Counted from the first letter of the stretch, positions 17,613 to 26,983 are shown. The stretch: 32,799 bases of DNA from Bacteroidota bacterium (GCA_002748015.1 PDRH01000026.1:1-32799); one strand, 5' to 3'. Notes: generated from the letters alone by a model not told the origin. Translations and numbers: made by a program.

Positions 17613-18799
17613 AGAAGCTGCTGCTGCTAGGTGCTCAGGATACGCACCTGCCGCTGATACGGCGGGCGAAGGAGCGTGGGGTGTACGTGATTACCTGCGA
17701 CTACCTGCCGGAGAATCCTGGCCATAAGCTGGCTGATGAAGCCTACTATGATAGCACGACCGATCGTGAGGCCGTGCTGCGCTTGGCGGAGCGGCTGGGG
17801 GTGGATGGCATCATGACCTTCAGCTCTGATCCGGCGGCGCCCGTTGCGGCGTGGGTGGCTGAGCGATTGGGCCTACCCGGCGGGGGGGCTGAGGCCGTGC
17901 GTATCATGTCGGAGAAGGATGCCTTTCGGGACTTTCTGCGGAAGCATGGTTTCAGGGTGCCACGTTTCTCGAGCTATACCAGCCTTGATGGGCTGCGGGG
18001 AGATTTGGAAAGTCTCAGTTTCCCCTTGATGGTAAAGCCGGTGGATGCGTCGGGTAGTAAGGGGGTGGAGCGTGTTGCGGATGCGGATGCCCTGCTGCAG
18101 TGCTTCGAGGGGGCGCTTGCCTACTCCCGTTCTGGTCGCGTAATCGTGGAGGAGTGCATCGATAGCGACTATCCGCAGCTGCATGGGGATGGCTTCGTGT
18201 TGGGGGGCGAACTGGTATTCCTGCAGCTGGGGGATCACCATTTCAACCCTGAGGTGAATAATCTGGTGCCGATAAGCAGCACATTCCCCTCTGGGCAGCC
18301 GGAGGAGCAGGTGAAGCGGGTGGAGGAGGAAATCCGTCGTTTTATTCGTTTGGTGGGCTACCGTCAGGGGGCGATTAACGTGGAGGCGCGGGTTTCTGCT
18401 GGGGGGGAGGTCTATATTATTGATATAGGGGCGAGGAATGGTGGTAACTTCACGCCTCAGACCATCGAATACTCGACTGGTTTCGATTTCGTAGATGTAG
18501 GGCTGAGCGTGGCATTGGGCGAGCCGTTGCAAATTCCTTCTGCGGTGCGGCGTGCCTGCTATAGCCATCTGGTCGTGCATGCAGCTGCGGATGGCGTTTT
18601 GGACGGCCTAGAGTTTAGCGAGATGCTGAGGGAGCAGATAGTGGAGTGGCATCCTTGCGTGGAGGTGGGTGCATCGGTCTTTGCGTTTCGGCGTGCCAAT
18701 GCGGCCATTGGGGTGCTGATTGTTCGGTCTGATAGTGTTCGGGAGCTGAATGGTGTTGCTGATGGGATGGACGAGCATGTGCGGGTGTACTTGCGATAG
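17609..18799 (+). CDS. ATP-grasp ligase 1
   Basis: Motifs KKLLLLG, EKDAFRDFL, FPLMVKPVDASGSKGV, IVEECI, INVEA, IDIGARNGGN. Confidence 0.88.
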   Translation: MKKLLLLGAQDTHLPLIRRAKERGVYVITCDYLPENPGHKLADEAYYDSTTDREAVLRLAERLGVDGIMTFSSDPAAPVAAWVAERLGLPGGGAEAVRIMSEKDAFRDFLRKHGFRVPRFSSYTSLDGLRGDLESLSFPLMVKPVDASGSKGVERVADADALLQCFEGALAYSRSGRVIVEECIDSDYPQLHGDGFVLGGELVFLQLGDHHFNPEVNNLVPISSTFPSGQPEEQVKRVEEEIRRFIRLVGYRQGAINVEARVSAGGEVYIIDIGARNGGNFTPQTIEYSTGFDFVDVGLSVALGEPLQIPSAVRRACYSHLVVHAAADGVLDGLEFSEMLREQIVEWHPCVEVGASVFAFRRANAAIGVLIVRSDSVRELNGVADGMDEHVRVYLR

Positions 18800-18881
18800 C
18801 CTGGGATATTTGGGGGGCAAGTTGCGTAATTTGCATGGTGCTGTTTTACCTTGGCTTGAGGCTATAGTGGTGGGTTTTACC

Positions 18882-18889
18882 TACCTTTG
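18882..18889 (+). promoter_or_regulatory. -7 box (TACCTTTG) upstream of ATP-grasp 2
   Basis: TTTTACC-TACCTTTG-CGGGG in a 220-nt intergenic gap. Confidence 0.6.
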
Positions 18890-19019
18890 CGGGGTATCGG
18901 TTTGGAGTCATTCATAGATTATGCCTGTTTACAAGCAATACTACCTGCGGAGTTCCTAGGAGGGACGTGTGGTTTTTGGGGGCTAAGATATGCCCAATTG
19001 ATAAATTGGAGGTGAAGAG

Positions 19020-20221
19020 ATGAAGAAGTTGCTGTTGCTAGGGGGGTTGAGATATTTGCTCCCAGTTATTGAGAAGGCTCACAAGCTAGGGATGTATGTT
19101 ATCACCTGCGATAATGTGCCGGGGAATATTGCGCATAGGTATTCGGATGAGTATTGCGATGTAAGCATATTGGATCTGGAGGCAGTGTTGGCACTGGCGA
19201 AGGCGAAGCGAATCGATGGCATCATGTCCTTTGCGGTTGATCCAGGCGTTGTTACGGCGGCGTATGTGGCTGAGCAGATGGGTTTGCCACATGTAGGTTC
19301 GTATGATTCGGTGCGTATTCTGCAGCATAAGGATTTGTTCCGGGCATTCCTGCGAGATAATGGGTTCAATGTCCCGATGTCTGGTGGGTATAGCGAGTAT
19401 TCGGAGCTACTTGATGATATTGGGCGGTTTACCTTTCCGGTCATCGTCAAGCCTGTGGATTCTGCGGGTAGTAAGGGGGTTTGCCGTGTTGAGGGGATTG
19501 AGGAGCTGAAGGGTGCCTTCGCCTTTGCTAGGGCTAGTTCGTTCAGTGGTCGCGTGATAGTGGAGGAGTTCATTGAGGCTGAGGGGTGCTCTTCTGATAC
19601 AGATTGCTTTTCTCAAGATGGGGAGCTACGTTTTATAAGCTTCAACGACCAGATGTTTGAAGCGGAGAGTGCCAATATTTATGCGCCGAGTTCCTTCATA
19701 TGGCCTAGTGGGATGGCATCTTCGTCTCAGGACTGTCTAGCATCGGAGCTGCAACGCTTGGTGCGTTTGCTTAGCTTGGGCTCGTCGCTCTACAATGTGG
19801 AGACGCGGGTTGGATGTGACGGTAAGCCCTATATCATGGAGTTCTCTCCGAGGGGGGGGGGAATCGCCTGTCGGAGGTGCTAGGGATGGCTACTGGTGTG
19901 GATTTGATAGAGGCGGCCGTACTGGCGGCTGTGGGTGAGCGTTTTGACCTCCCTGCGACCTATGGCTATGATGGGGTTTGGGCGGAATTGGTACTCTTTG
20001 CGGAGCAAGCGGGGAGATATAATGGTTTACACATAGATGTGCGACTTCGGCCTTTCATTGTGGAGGAAGATGTATGGGTTGATCTTGGCGATTTTGTGCA
20101 TCAGTTCACGGGTGCGAATGAGGCGATTGGTACAATCGTATTCCGTTTTTCTAGCCGGGCAGAGGCGGATGAGATTTGGTCTGGGATTCGGAAGATGGTA
20201 AAGGTAGATGTGGTGCGATGA
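19020..20221 (+). pseudogene. ATP-grasp ligase 2, frameshifted at a G10 tract (phase-off allele or sequencing error)
   Basis: ORFs 19020-19883 and 19877-20221 join into a 400-aa paralog of ATP-grasp 1 (...EFSPRGGGNRLSEVLGMATGVDL...) if G10 at 19852-19861 is G11. Confidence 0.85.
19852..19861 (+). repeat. G10 homopolymer at the frameshift site
   Basis: ccga-GGGGGGGGGG-aatcgc. Longest homopolymer noticed in the window. Confidence 0.9.
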
Positions 20222-21324
20222 GGAAGAGAATAGCGGTACTAGGGGCCAACGAACCATTGCTACAGTTCTATAGGAAGGTAGACCGTTCTCGCTTTGAGGT
20301 GCACGGTATAGCGTGGGCGGATGGCAGCGTTTGTCGTGATTACTGCGATGTTTTCCATCCATTAGACCTGCGGGATAGGGCTGGGGTTCTTTCCCTGTGT
20401 GAGAGCCTCGGCATCGAGGGGGCCAGCACCTTCAGCCTGGAGAGCGCCGTGCCCTTACAGGTCTTTTTGGCTGAGGAGTTGGGCTTGGTACATCCGGGCT
20501 CTTCTGTGAAAGCCTGGGTTGGGAATAAGGCGATGCTTAGGGATATGCTCCGTCGAGAGGATGTGGGGTATAATCCTGCGAGCCAAAGCGCTAGCCTTTT
20601 CTCGGCGTTGGATTTGGCCGAGATGCAGTTCCCGGTGGTTGTCAAGCCGATGGATGGCGGCGGGAGTCGAGGGGTTGTTCTTGCCAAGGGCGAGAGCGAG
20701 TTGCCTGATGCTTTTGCCTATGCGCAATCGCATTCGAAGTGCGGTGAGGTGGTTGTAGAGGAGTTCCTCCTGGGTGAGGAGTTCTCGGTGGAGTATATTT
20801 CATATGGGGGTAGGCACTATTTTCTGGCTTTGACCAGGAAGCGTACGAGTGGGGCGCCGCATTTCGTGGAGCTACATCATACGCAGCCTTCTGGTGTAGA
20901 TGATGCCTGCCAGTTGGCCGTGCGGGCTGTTGTCGAGAGGGCGCTCGATGTTCTAGGTATAGAGAATGGCGTGAGCCACACGGAGATTATCATCGGTAGC
21001 GATGGACGGGTGAGCGTTGTGGAGGTAGGCCCTCGCATGGGGGGGGACTATATAACGTCCCATCTGACCGAGCTTAGCACTGGTGTCGATTTGGTCAACC
21101 TGAGCTTGTCGTTAGCTTGTGGGGATTTTGCCCCTCCCGTCGTGGAGCAGCAGCCGGGGGGCGGGGTGCTATTCTATACCCCCGATACCCGGCAAGAATT
21201 TGAGGCTATGCTGCATGGAGCGAATGTGATCGAGAGTGCATGTGCGTCCTTAGCCGGCACCTGTGAGAACAATATGGAGCGGAGTGGCTATTTGGTCTAT
21301 AGGAATGTGCTAGGGAATGGTTAG
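20218..21324 (+). CDS. ATP-grasp ligase 3
   Basis: Motifs RIAVLGAN, NKAMLR, FPVVVKPMDGGGSRGV, VEEFLLGEEFSVE, SHTEI, VEVGPRMGGDYI. ATGA overlap with the preceding stop. Confidence 0.88.
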   Translation: MRKRIAVLGANEPLLQFYRKVDRSRFEVHGIAWADGSVCRDYCDVFHPLDLRDRAGVLSLCESLGIEGASTFSLESAVPLQVFLAEELGLVHPGSSVKAWVGNKAMLRDMLRREDVGYNPASQSASLFSALDLAEMQFPVVVKPMDGGGSRGVVLAKGESELPDAFAYAQSHSKCGEVVVEEFLLGEEFSVEYISYGGRHYFLALTRKRTSGAPHFVELHHTQPSGVDDACQLAVRAVVERALDVLGIENGVSHTEIIIGSDGRVSVVEVGPRMGGDYITSHLTELSTGVDLVNLSLSLACGDFAPPVVEQQPGGGVLFYTPDTRQEFEAMLHGANVIESACASLAGTCENNMERSGYLVYRNVLGNG

Positions 21325-22375
21325 GGAGATCGGTAGCATTTTCCCCCTTCACAACTACGATGGGGATGGTTCTTGTAGATACACAGTGTCTGATGGACGA
21401 GTTTTTTTCTCTCGTTGCCGTGAAGCTCTACTCTGGATAGCGCGAGAGCACTATACGCCAGGGGCTTGCGTTTTGTTGCCAGCGTATACCTGTAGTACTG
21501 TCATTGAACCTTTTTTGGTGGCAGGTTGGCGTGTGGTCTTTGTGGGGGTAAATCTTGACCTAAGTCTCGATGTTGAGGATTTGGCTCGCTGCTATTGGGT
21601 AGAGGCTGCGCGGGCGGTTGTGCTTCATCCGTTTTACGGTAGGGAGCTGAGTCAGGAGGAGGAGGAGGTTCTTTCGCAGCTTAGCGCTGATGGCGGGCTG
21701 GTTATACTCGATATGACGCAGGGAATCTTTTCGGATAAGCGTTATGATTTCGTGGACTACTATGTTGGTAGCCTGCGAAAGTGGTTTCCCATGCCGGATG
21801 GGGGCTATTTGGAGGCAAATGGTGCGCTTTTACCCTCGGTCGAGGAGCTGAAGGAGAATGTCCCTTTTGTTTCGGATCAGCGGGATGCGATGTACCTTCG
21901 TGGCCAGTATTTTCGGAGTGGAGATGCAGGCCTTAAGTGCATTTCTGTACGTCTTAACAAGCGGGCTGAGGGGCAATCCCTAGATGATATTCATAGGATG
22001 TCGGATTTTTCTCTGGGTGTTTTTGCTGGCGTAGATATCGATGCGACCTATCGGGTTCGCATGGATAATTTTGCCCAGCTTTTTGAGCTGCGTTCTAGTG
22101 CTTGTCGGGTAGCGCGTAGCCCGTTTGCGTCTCTAGACCTCGTGGCCACCTCGCCGCTCTACTTCCCGATGTACGTGGAGGATGTTCTGTCGGTTCAGTC
22201 GTTTTTCGCCGGCGAGGGGATTTACTGCCCACGCCTGTGGCCCGTTGATTACCCGGAGGTGCTGGTCAGCGATGGGGTGAGGTATATCTATGAGCATTTG
22301 CTGTGCGTTCCGGTAGATCAGCGCTACGGGGCGGTGGAGATGCAGCAGATTGTAAACTTAATGCGAGAGCTATGA
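21317..22375 (+). CDS. Divergent PLP-dependent DegT-fold protein
   Basis: Motifs CREAL, LLPAYTCSTV, HPFYG, ILDMTQG, GSLRKWFPMPDGG, LCVPVDQRYG. Confidence 0.7.
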   Translation: MVREIGSIFPLHNYDGDGSCRYTVSDGRVFFSRCREALLWIAREHYTPGACVLLPAYTCSTVIEPFLVAGWRVVFVGVNLDLSLDVEDLARCYWVEAARAVVLHPFYGRELSQEEEEVLSQLSADGGLVILDMTQGIFSDKRYDFVDYYVGSLRKWFPMPDGGYLEANGALLPSVEELKENVPFVSDQRDAMYLRGQYFRSGDAGLKCISVRLNKRAEGQSLDDIHRMSDFSLGVFAGVDIDATYRVRMDNFAQLFELRSSACRVARSPFASLDLVATSPLYFPMYVEDVLSVQSFFAGEGIYCPRLWPVDYPEVLVSDGVRYIYEHLLCVPVDQRYGAVEMQQIVNLMREL

Positions 22376-22830
22376 TTTTATTTGAAGAGCATCCATACGC
22401 AGAGTCAACTATCCGGGGAATCCTTTCAGCTCCTGAAGTTTCTGACTTCATTGCGGGTGAAGCCCGAAGCAATGGCTTCTCGGCTTCTAGTTGGGGAAAT
22501 AAGTTGGCTACTCGTGGGTCTATTATATATAGCATGGAGGATGGGGAGGTGCACGGTTTTGCAATCCTCTACATGCATGGTTCGCCGGATAAGGGTATGT
22601 ATATAGCCGTTGGCTTTGTTAACCAGCATATTAGAAGCCGAGGTATATACCAGAAAATCATGCGTGAGATATTCGTCCGTGCTCGTGAGAAGGGTTTTGA
22701 GTGGGTTTGGGCGTATATCTCGACGCGTAATGCGCGTAGCGTTCGTTTCCATGAGCGTATGGGCTTTGATTTCGTTGAGGTGGTTGAGAAGCCGTCCGGG
22801 TCGTTGCATGTAATTCGGTATAATCTTTAG
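22372..22830 (+). CDS. GNAT-family N-acyltransferase
   Basis: Motif A-like FVNQHIRSRGIY and NARSVRFHERMGF. ATGA overlap with the preceding stop. Confidence 0.8.
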   Translation: MILFEEHPYAESTIRGILSAPEVSDFIAGEARSNGFSASSWGNKLATRGSIIYSMEDGEVHGFAILYMHGSPDKGMYIAVGFVNQHIRSRGIYQKIMREIFVRAREKGFEWVWAYISTRNARSVRFHERMGFDFVEVVEKPSGSLHVIRYNL

Positions 22831-22862
22831 GGTGTTCGTAGACCTTGTGTAGAGTAGTAGGC

Positions 22863-23906
22863 ATGCAGCATATACATGTGTTTATCGGGCGTTTTTACCA
22901 TCTTGTCTCGCAAATAGTACCTCAGTATTGTGCGCTGGATCCGTATTGCCATGAAATAGTGTGTGTGGGTTCGGTTTCGGAGAAGATTCGGCTTCGGTAC
23001 CAGGAGAAGCTACCATCTGAGCTCTACGGTTTGCTTCGCTTTACTGAGAGTCGTACGGCCTTTTTCCGCTATGCGTTAGACCATCGAGGGGCGCGTTTTA
23101 TCCTTCATGGGCTTCATTTTACCTGGATGGCTCCGGTACTTTTTACCCGGGCGGATTGGATTAACTGGGGCTCTGGGGTGAAAACTAATTGGAGGAATCC
23201 GTTGAGCATTTTGGGGTATCCTCTTAAGTACGTCTTCTACCACTCATTATCCTCCGTGAATGCGCTGATAGAGGAGGATATTGTTGACCTAAAGCGTAGC
23301 TTCCGGCTTCGTGATGTTGGCTATCTCCGCTATATTTTGGGTGGAGATTATGATGGTTACCGTAAGCGCTTGGTTTCTCATAGTACGCATAGCCCCCTGC
23401 GTGTCCTGGTCGGTAATAGCGCGCATTGCATTGATACTTACTATGAGGTGGCGGATCTTCTTGGGCGGCGTAGTGAGGCGTTTACGGTGCACTTCATGCT
23501 GCAGTATCCGCGGCAGGATGAGGAGGTGTTGGCACGATTTGCGAGCTACCTGGACGCGCACCTTAATCATCCGTACCAGCTGGATTTGGAGGTGATGGAG
23601 CTGGATGCCTACCATGCGTACATTGATTCTTTTGATATCTACATATGCGGTTCAATGGGGCAGAGCGGGCTGGGGGCTATAGGAGATGCCCTGCTGAGTG
23701 GCGTGGTGGCGGTGCTTCGGGGCAAAAATCTGGCGTATAAGCGATCGCAGGGATTTCGCGTTTATGGTTTTGAGGATTTGAACCGAGCCGCCACGTTGCA
23801 AGATTTGCTGCTTCCGAAGTCCGTATTTGAGACGCATATTCAGCTAGCACTTCGTGATGAGGATGTGGAACGCGCCAAGTGGATTTCCTTTTTTGAGGAG
23901 GTTTAG
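22863..23906 (+). CDS. WecF-like (GT56) 4-acylamino-4,6-dideoxyhexose glycosyltransferase
   Basis: Motifs FILHGL, WINWG, RVLVGNSAH, FMLQYP, QSGLGAI, resembling the TDP-Fuc4NAc transferase pattern. Confidence 0.65.
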   Translation: MQHIHVFIGRFYHLVSQIVPQYCALDPYCHEIVCVGSVSEKIRLRYQEKLPSELYGLLRFTESRTAFFRYALDHRGARFILHGLHFTWMAPVLFTRADWINWGSGVKTNWRNPLSILGYPLKYVFYHSLSSVNALIEEDIVDLKRSFRLRDVGYLRYILGGDYDGYRKRLVSHSTHSPLRVLVGNSAHCIDTYYEVADLLGRRSEAFTVHFMLQYPRQDEEVLARFASYLDAHLNHPYQLDLEVMELDAYHAYIDSFDIYICGSMGQSGLGAIGDALLSGVVAVLRGKNLAYKRSQGFRVYGFEDLNRAATLQDLLLPKSVFETHIQLALRDEDVERAKWISFFEEV

Positions 23907-23943
23907 AGTGCTTTTGGCTTGCCAAGGTTGTTGATAGCGTTGT

Positions 23944-25026
23944 ATGTACCTACTATATATCCTTCTGCTCCTGATGTGTTTTGCCTACCTGCGGCGTAGG
24001 TTAAATGGCGGGGAAGCAGCCTTCTACCATTCGCCCCTGGTGCTGGCCGGGCTGTTTCTCTTCGTGGGGGTGTATGCGGTGTTCTCGGATGACTATTTCA
24101 TCTACCAGGAGATCGTAACGAAGCTAATTCCGACAGGTAATTATACCAGGTTCACTCCCTTTTGGAATGCTTATGCTGAGGCTATAGGTAATACTAATAC
24201 GCTTTTCCGCTTATTGACGCTTGGTGGAGGCCTGTTGCTGCTGTCTTGGCAGGGGCACTTGCTCCGATTGCGCTATTTGGAGCTTTTGCCCTGGTTTATC
24301 GCTCTGGCGGGTATGCATCTGATTACGTGGCTACGCTTTGAGTTGGCCTGTATGCTTTTTGTGCTGGGCATGACGCTATGTTTGCGACGGAAGGCGATTG
24401 GTCTTGTTGTGGTTCTTTTGCCGTTCGTACTGCATCCGGCATCGTTCCTTTTTCTGCTTGGAGTTGGTATTTACCTGCTCAATCCCCAACGGTTAAGCAT
24501 GCGAGTATTGATGTGGTTGGGGGTGCTGCTGGTGTTGAGCTGTCTGCCGTTGCTGGTAGACCTTGCCATTGAGGTGTTTGGTATTTCCTCCTTCTGGTAC
24601 TACGTGAAGTATTTCCGGTGGGGGGATGCATTCTATCGGCGGCATTTTCTGTATGCGCTATGGGGCTACATGATCTATGTGCTGGGGCTTATTGTAGTTT
24701 ACCTTTTTTCGCGAGTTGGTCGGTGTAGTCCTTCTCCGCTGGCGCAGAAATTGACTCGTTTGATGGAGGCTTTTGGGCTTCTTTCCCTCCTATTCAATTT
24801 CATTCCGGTAACTCCGCATATTTCTGTTCGCTTGGCTGGTATAGCGTTCTATATTGCCTGTGTAGTTGGTGCAATGAGTATGCGCCAGCTTCGAGTGTTT
24901 GCGCATCGTAAGCTACTGCTTTGGATGGTGGTGTGCTTGCTGGTCATGAGCGGTATGGAAACCGTTGCTAACCATCATGATGATCTGCGAGTACTGTATG
25001 ATATTATGTATGCGTTAGCCTCGTAG
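23944..25026 (+). CDS. wzy: Putative Wzy/EpsG-family polysaccharide polymerase
   Basis: 360 aa, highly hydrophobic multi-TM, with DDYFIY, WLRFELA and LHPAS segments typical of EpsG-like polymerases. Supported by locus context. Confidence 0.7.
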   Translation: MYLLYILLLLMCFAYLRRRLNGGEAAFYHSPLVLAGLFLFVGVYAVFSDDYFIYQEIVTKLIPTGNYTRFTPFWNAYAEAIGNTNTLFRLLTLGGGLLLLSWQGHLLRLRYLELLPWFIALAGMHLITWLRFELACMLFVLGMTLCLRRKAIGLVVVLLPFVLHPASFLFLLGVGIYLLNPQRLSMRVLMWLGVLLVLSCLPLLVDLAIEVFGISSFWYYVKYFRWGDAFYRRHFLYALWGYMIYVLGLIVVYLFSRVGRCSPSPLAQKLTRLMEAFGLLSLLFNFIPVTPHISVRLAGIAFYIACVVGAMSMRQLRVFAHRKLLLWMVVCLLVMSGMETVANHHDDLRVLYDIMYALAS

Positions 25027-25102
25027 TCGTTAGTTAGAGCTGATTTAGGGGTTGTGGTTATTTCCCTCGCTCGTTGCTAGGGAGGCTTTCCTATGTTTTC
25101 GC

Positions 25103-25110
25103 TACCTTTG
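25103..25110 (+). promoter_or_regulatory. -7 box (TACCTTTG) upstream of the LicC-like fusion
   Basis: TTTTCGC-TACCTTTG-CGG, 49 nt before ATG 25160. Confidence 0.6.
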
Positions 25111-25159
25111 CGGTGAGCTGAGGCTTAGATTGAGCATAAAACGAATATATGTAGATAGC

Positions 25160-26980
25160 ATGCAGGCAATAATACTGGCGGCAGGTATGGGGCGGCGGCT
25201 TGGGGAGCATACCAAGGAGAATACGAAGTGCATGGTGAAGGTCAATGGTGTGCGCCTCATTGACCGGATGCTTTCGCAGCTCGCTGTGTTTTCGGTTGAG
25301 CGTGTTGTCATCGTTGTAGGCTATAAGGGTAGGGAGCTACGTGAGTATATCGATGAGCGCTATAGCGATAGGTTGCGTATAGAGTATGTCTGCAATCCGG
25401 TATACGATACGACCAACAATATCTACTCTCTTTTCCTTGCCAAGGAGCATCTGCAGCGAGGGGACACTCTGCTGCTTGAGTCTGATTTGATTTATGAGGA
25501 TAGTATCCTGGAGCTGGCGATCAATTCGTTGCATCCCAACGTGGCGCTCGTAAGTGCGTATCAGCCCTGGATGGATGGCACGATGGTTCGGATAGATGCT
25601 GATGGTAATATTACCGCCTTCATTCCGAAGGCGGATTTCAAATATAGCGAGGTTTCGACCTACTACAAGACGGTGAATATATACCGCTTTAGTGAGCGTT
25701 TCTCACGGGAGGTGTACGTTCCTTTCCTTGAGGCGTATTGCAGTGCCTTGGGGCGTAATGAGTACTATGAGCAGGTGCTGAGTATGATTATCCATCTCAA
25801 CCGGAAGGAGATAAAGGCGCTTCCCGTAGGGGATTTGGGTTGGTATGAGATAGATGATGTGCAGGATCTGGACATTGCCGAGGCCATATTTGCGCCTGAT
25901 GAGGAGAAACTTTCTCGCTATACCCAGCGGGGTGGTGGTTACTGGCGTTTTGAAACGCTCTTGGATTTCAGCAATCCCGTTAATCCGTTTTTCCCCACCG
26001 TACGGTTGCGTGAGGAGTTGCGGGCGAGCTTTGATCCCCTCGTGACCACGTATCCTTCAGGCATGGGGGTGCATGCCTTGCTGGCGGGGAAGTACTTTGG
26101 CGTACGCGCGGAGTATACAGTGTTGGGGAATGGGGTGGCAGAGTTGTTAGCCGCATTGATGCGGACGATTAGCGGCAGACTGGGTGTAGTATGCCCTACT
26201 CTCGAGGAATATGCGAACCGGTGTAAGCCGGAGCAACTAGAGGTTTTCGTGCCGCAGAATGTCGATTTCATGTATACCGCTAAGGATTTAATGGTATACT
26301 TCGAGGGGCGTAATCTAGGAACTCTCTTGCTAATTAATCCGGACAATCCGTCGGGGAATTTCATCTCGCTAGCAGATGTTGTAGAGTTGCTCGGGTGGTG
26401 TCGTGCGAGGGGCATTCGTCTTGTTTTGGATGAGAGTTTTGTGGATTTCTCGGAGGGCTTCCAGGGAAACTCGTTGCTGTCAGATGCAATGCTGGTTGGG
26501 TACCCCAACCTCTGCGTTGTGAAGAGTATATCGAAGTCCTACGGCGTGCCGGGGCTACGGCTCGGTGTGCTGGCCTCCTCTGACCGGGGGTTGGTTGATG
26601 CAATAATGGCCGAAGCCTCTATGTGGAACATCAACTCCTTCGCTGAATACTACATGCAGATTTTCGGTAAGTATACCTCTGACTATGTAGATGCTTGCGC
26701 TAGGCTTGTTGTGGAGCGTGAGCGTTTTCGTGGGCTTTTGAATGGCATTCCATTCCTGCGGGTAATTCCGTCGCAGGCCAACTATTTTTTGTGCGAGGTA
26801 TTCGGTGCGTATACCTCGCGCGGTTTGACAGAGGTACTATTGGGGCGGTCTAGTATATTGGTGGAAGATTGTAGTACGAAGAGGGGTTTTGAGGGGAGGA
26901 GCTATATACGGATTGCAGTGCGTAGTGTAGAGGACAATGACCGGCTGGTGCAGGTGTTAGGCAGTCTATCTGCTAAGTAG
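25160..26980 (+). CDS. Fusion of a LicC-like cytidylyltransferase and a CobD/HisC-like class I/II PLP enzyme
   Basis: N-terminal MQAIILAAGMGRRLG...KCM, YDTTNNIYSL, ESDL, WYEIDDVQDL. C-terminal DFSNPVNP, GNG, INPDNPSG, LDESFVDF, KSISKSYGVPGLRLG. Confidence 0.88.
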   Translation: MQAIILAAGMGRRLGEHTKENTKCMVKVNGVRLIDRMLSQLAVFSVERVVIVVGYKGRELREYIDERYSDRLRIEYVCNPVYDTTNNIYSLFLAKEHLQRGDTLLLESDLIYEDSILELAINSLHPNVALVSAYQPWMDGTMVRIDADGNITAFIPKADFKYSEVSTYYKTVNIYRFSERFSREVYVPFLEAYCSALGRNEYYEQVLSMIIHLNRKEIKALPVGDLGWYEIDDVQDLDIAEAIFAPDEEKLSRYTQRGGGYWRFETLLDFSNPVNPFFPTVRLREELRASFDPLVTTYPSGMGVHALLAGKYFGVRAEYTVLGNGVAELLAALMRTISGRLGVVCPTLEEYANRCKPEQLEVFVPQNVDFMYTAKDLMVYFEGRNLGTLLLINPDNPSGNFISLADVVELLGWCRARGIRLVLDESFVDFSEGFQGNSLLSDAMLVGYPNLCVVKSISKSYGVPGLRLGVLASSDRGLVDAIMAEASMWNINSFAEYYMQIFGKYTSDYVDACARLVVERERFRGLLNGIPFLRVIPSQANYFLCEVFGAYTSRGLTEVLLGRSSILVEDCSTKRGFEGRSYIRIAVRSVEDNDRLVQVLGSLSAK

Positions 26981-26983
26981 GTT

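Noticed and set aside
18800-19019. Possible invertible promoter in the gap before ATP-grasp 2
   Set aside because: Only short imperfect repeats are present (GTTTTACCT twice, TTTGGGGG twice). There are no convincing flanking inverted repeats and no recombinase in the window.
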